Below are positions 62,430 to 64,000 of a stretch of DNA of 64,000 nucleotides, in pieces; positions within the stretch are counted from its first letter, which is position 1; each line of letters begins with the position of its first letter. The position numbers and the translations under genes were made by a program. The notes under the pieces are model-generated. The model made no database searches. It saw nothing but the letters and a program-made list of their open reading frames with translations, and was not told the origin of the DNA. The DNA lies in assembly GCA_905214195.1 (NCBI GenBank), contig CAJMLH010000005.1, positions 315 to 64,314 on the forward strand, given 5' to 3'. The DNA comes from an uncultured bacterium. Its GTDB lineage: Bacteria; Bacillota; Clostridia; Peptostreptococcales; Anaerovoracaceae.

Positions 62430-64000
62430 ATGAAAATGACAGGTGCTGAACTGGTTATGAATGTATTGCTGGAACACGGAGTAGACACAGTATTCGGTTA
62501 TCCCGGAGGAACTGCATTATTTCTTTACGATGAGCTTTACAAATACAGTGACAAAATAAAACATATACTTGTAGCTCATGAACAGGGCGGAGCCCATGCC
62601 GCCGATGGTTATGCAAGAGCAACCGGAAAAACAGGAGTTGCTTTTTCTACCAGCGGACCGGGAGCGACAAACCTGGTTACAGGTATTGCCACAGCTTATA
62701 TGGACAGCATTCCTACTGTATTTATAACTGCCAATGTTGGTAACCATCTGATAGGAAGAGATGCTTTTCAGGAAATATGCATAACAGGTGTAACTTTCCC
62801 TATCACAAAACACAACTATTTTGTTAACGACATAAACGATCTTGCCGACGCATTAAGAAATGCTTTCAGAATTGCAAATGAGGGCAGAAAAGGTCCTGTT
62901 TTGGTGGATATAACAAAAGATGTAACAGATGCAATAGTAGATTACATACCGGCAGAACCGCTTCCTCTAAAAGAAATCCCTTCTAATATTGATGATGAGA
63001 AAGCCAAAAAGTTTGCAGAGTACATAAATGAATCAAAAAAACCTGTAATTCAAGTAGGGGGCGGAGTTATTGCTTCTGAAAGTTACAGAGAGGTTCTTGA
63101 ACTTGCAGAAAAAGCCGATATACCTATGGTAACCACTTTGATGGGTATGGGAGCTGTTCCTTCTTCAAACGAAAGATATTTCGGCATGCTTGGTATGCAT
63201 GGCTCTTATGCAGCAAACAAAAGCATTGCGGAAGCCGACTTGATTCTTACACTGGGATGTAGATTCAGCGACAGAGTAGCATTAAAGCCGGATCAGTTCG
63301 GTAAAAAAGCAAAGGTTCTTCAAATAGATATAGATAAGAGTGAAATAGGCAAAAATGTCGCAGTTACGGACTATATAATCGGCGACTGCAAAGAAGTTCT
63401 CAATATTCTCGAACCGCTGGTAAATAATGCCGATCACGGTGACTGGCTTGCGCAGATAAATGACTGGAACAATGAAAAACCTATGAAGCTCACCCAGGCC
63501 AACGGCAAGATGAATCCACAGGAAATAATTGAATACTTATGTGATAATACCGATAAAGAAACTATATATGTTACTGATGTAGGTCAGCATCAGATGTGGG
63601 CTGCTCAGTATGTAAAACAGACTGCTCCGGGTAACTTCCTCTCAAGCGGCGGTCTTGGAACCATGGGCTTCGGTTACGGAGCTGCAATAGGTGCACAAGT
63701 AGGAAATCCTGATAAGAGAGTTATTCATCTTACAGGAGACGGTTCTTTCCACATGAATCTTAACGAAGCATGTACGGCGGTTTCCAACGAGCTTCCTATA
63801 ATAACAGTTATCTTTAACAATCAGGTTCTGGGAATGGTTTATCAGTGGCAAACTGCTTTCTATGGCAAGCGTTATTCTAATACCGTACCTGAAAGGAAAA
63901 CTGATTTTGTGAAGCTTATTGAAGCTTTCGGAGGACATGGATTCAGAGTAAATAATATGGATGAGCTTAAAGAAGCCTATGAGAAAGCCAAGAATATAAA
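62430..64000 (+). CDS. ilvB: acetolactate synthase large subunit (partial, continues past window end)
   Basis: MKMTGAELVMNVLLEHGVDTVFGYPGG..., ThDP-enzyme N-terminus, and the GSSG.MG region near 63650. Confidence 0.85.
   Translation, partial: MKMTGAELVMNVLLEHGVDTVFGYPGGTALFLYDELYKYSDKIKHILVAHEQGGAHAADGYARATGKTGVAFSTSGPGATNLVTGIATAYMDSIPTVFITANVGNHLIGRDAFQEICITGVTFPITKHNYFVNDINDLADALRNAFRIANEGRKGPVLVDITKDVTDAIVDYIPAEPLPLKEIPSNIDDEKAKKFAEYINESKKPVIQVGGGVIASESYREVLELAEKADIPMVTTLMGMGAVPSSNERYFGMLGMHGSYAANKSIAEADLILTLGCRFSDRVALKPDQFGKKAKVLQIDIDKSEIGKNVAVTDYIIGDCKEVLNILEPLVNNADHGDWLAQINDWNNEKPMKLTQANGKMNPQEIIEYLCDNTDKETIYVTDVGQHQMWAAQYVKQTAPGNFLSSGGLGTMGFGYGAAIGAQVGNPDKRVIHLTGDGSFHMNLNEACTAVSNELPIITVIFNNQVLGMVYQWQTAFYGKRYSNTVPERKTDFVKLIEAFGGHGFRVNNMDELKEAYEKAKNI

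Noticed and set aside
1-64000. Searched for CRISPR arrays, transposase/integrase genes, phage genes and toxin-antitoxin pairs
   Set aside because: No spaced direct-repeat arrays, and no DDE, serine or tyrosine recombinase-like ORFs were found. The higher-GC ABC island has no recognisable mobility genes within the window, and its boundaries are marked only by composition and the short duplications.

Overview
This is a low-GC Firmicutes (Clostridia-like) chromosomal segment, about 90% coding and almost entirely on the + strand. Most of it is core housekeeping genes in an order that matches Bacillus/Clostridium synteny. In order these are: the C-terminal part of prfC on the - strand, a MATE exporter, a 1412-aa CoA-enzyme activase/dehydratase fusion, yebC, an FNT channel with an OPT-like transporter, polA-coaE, tRNA-Leu(CAA)-yajC-secDF-relA-dtd-hisS-aspS, nadD-yqeK-rsfS-leuS, RNase J, ylbF-M24 peptidase-efp, and mltG-O-methyltransferase-U32 peptidase. 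A leuA-leuCD-ilvA-leuB-ilvB cluster ends the window. Several parts do not fit that ordinary background. (1) A three-gene NuoE/NuoF/NuoG-like flavin/Fe-S operon at 41876-47633 has a 1153-aa third subunit carrying a GltD-type NAD(P)H/FAD module and no H-cluster, an architecture I recall as the Sporomusa-type Nfn (Stn) class. (2) A sugar-type ABC transporter block at 48.5-55.0 kb has distinctly higher GC. It is flanked and interrupted by two paralogous Asp-box-like lipoprotein genes whose 5' ends are exact copies of the 5' ends of their downstream neighbour genes (30 nt and 71 nt). One permease in it is split by a frameshift at an A6 tract. (3) Upstream of leuA there is a ribosome-mediated attenuator candidate, with an Ile-rich 21-codon leader peptide followed by an intrinsic terminator. 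(4) NadD carries an unusual ~215-aa Zn-ribbon N-terminal extension. (5) A COG2607/DUF815 AAA+ ATPase sits inside the leu/ilv operon. (6) There is a relatively GC-rich 330-nt noncoding island with TTGGC/GCCAA repeats, closed by a perfect 14-bp terminator hairpin. No CRISPR array, transposase, integrase or phage genes were seen.
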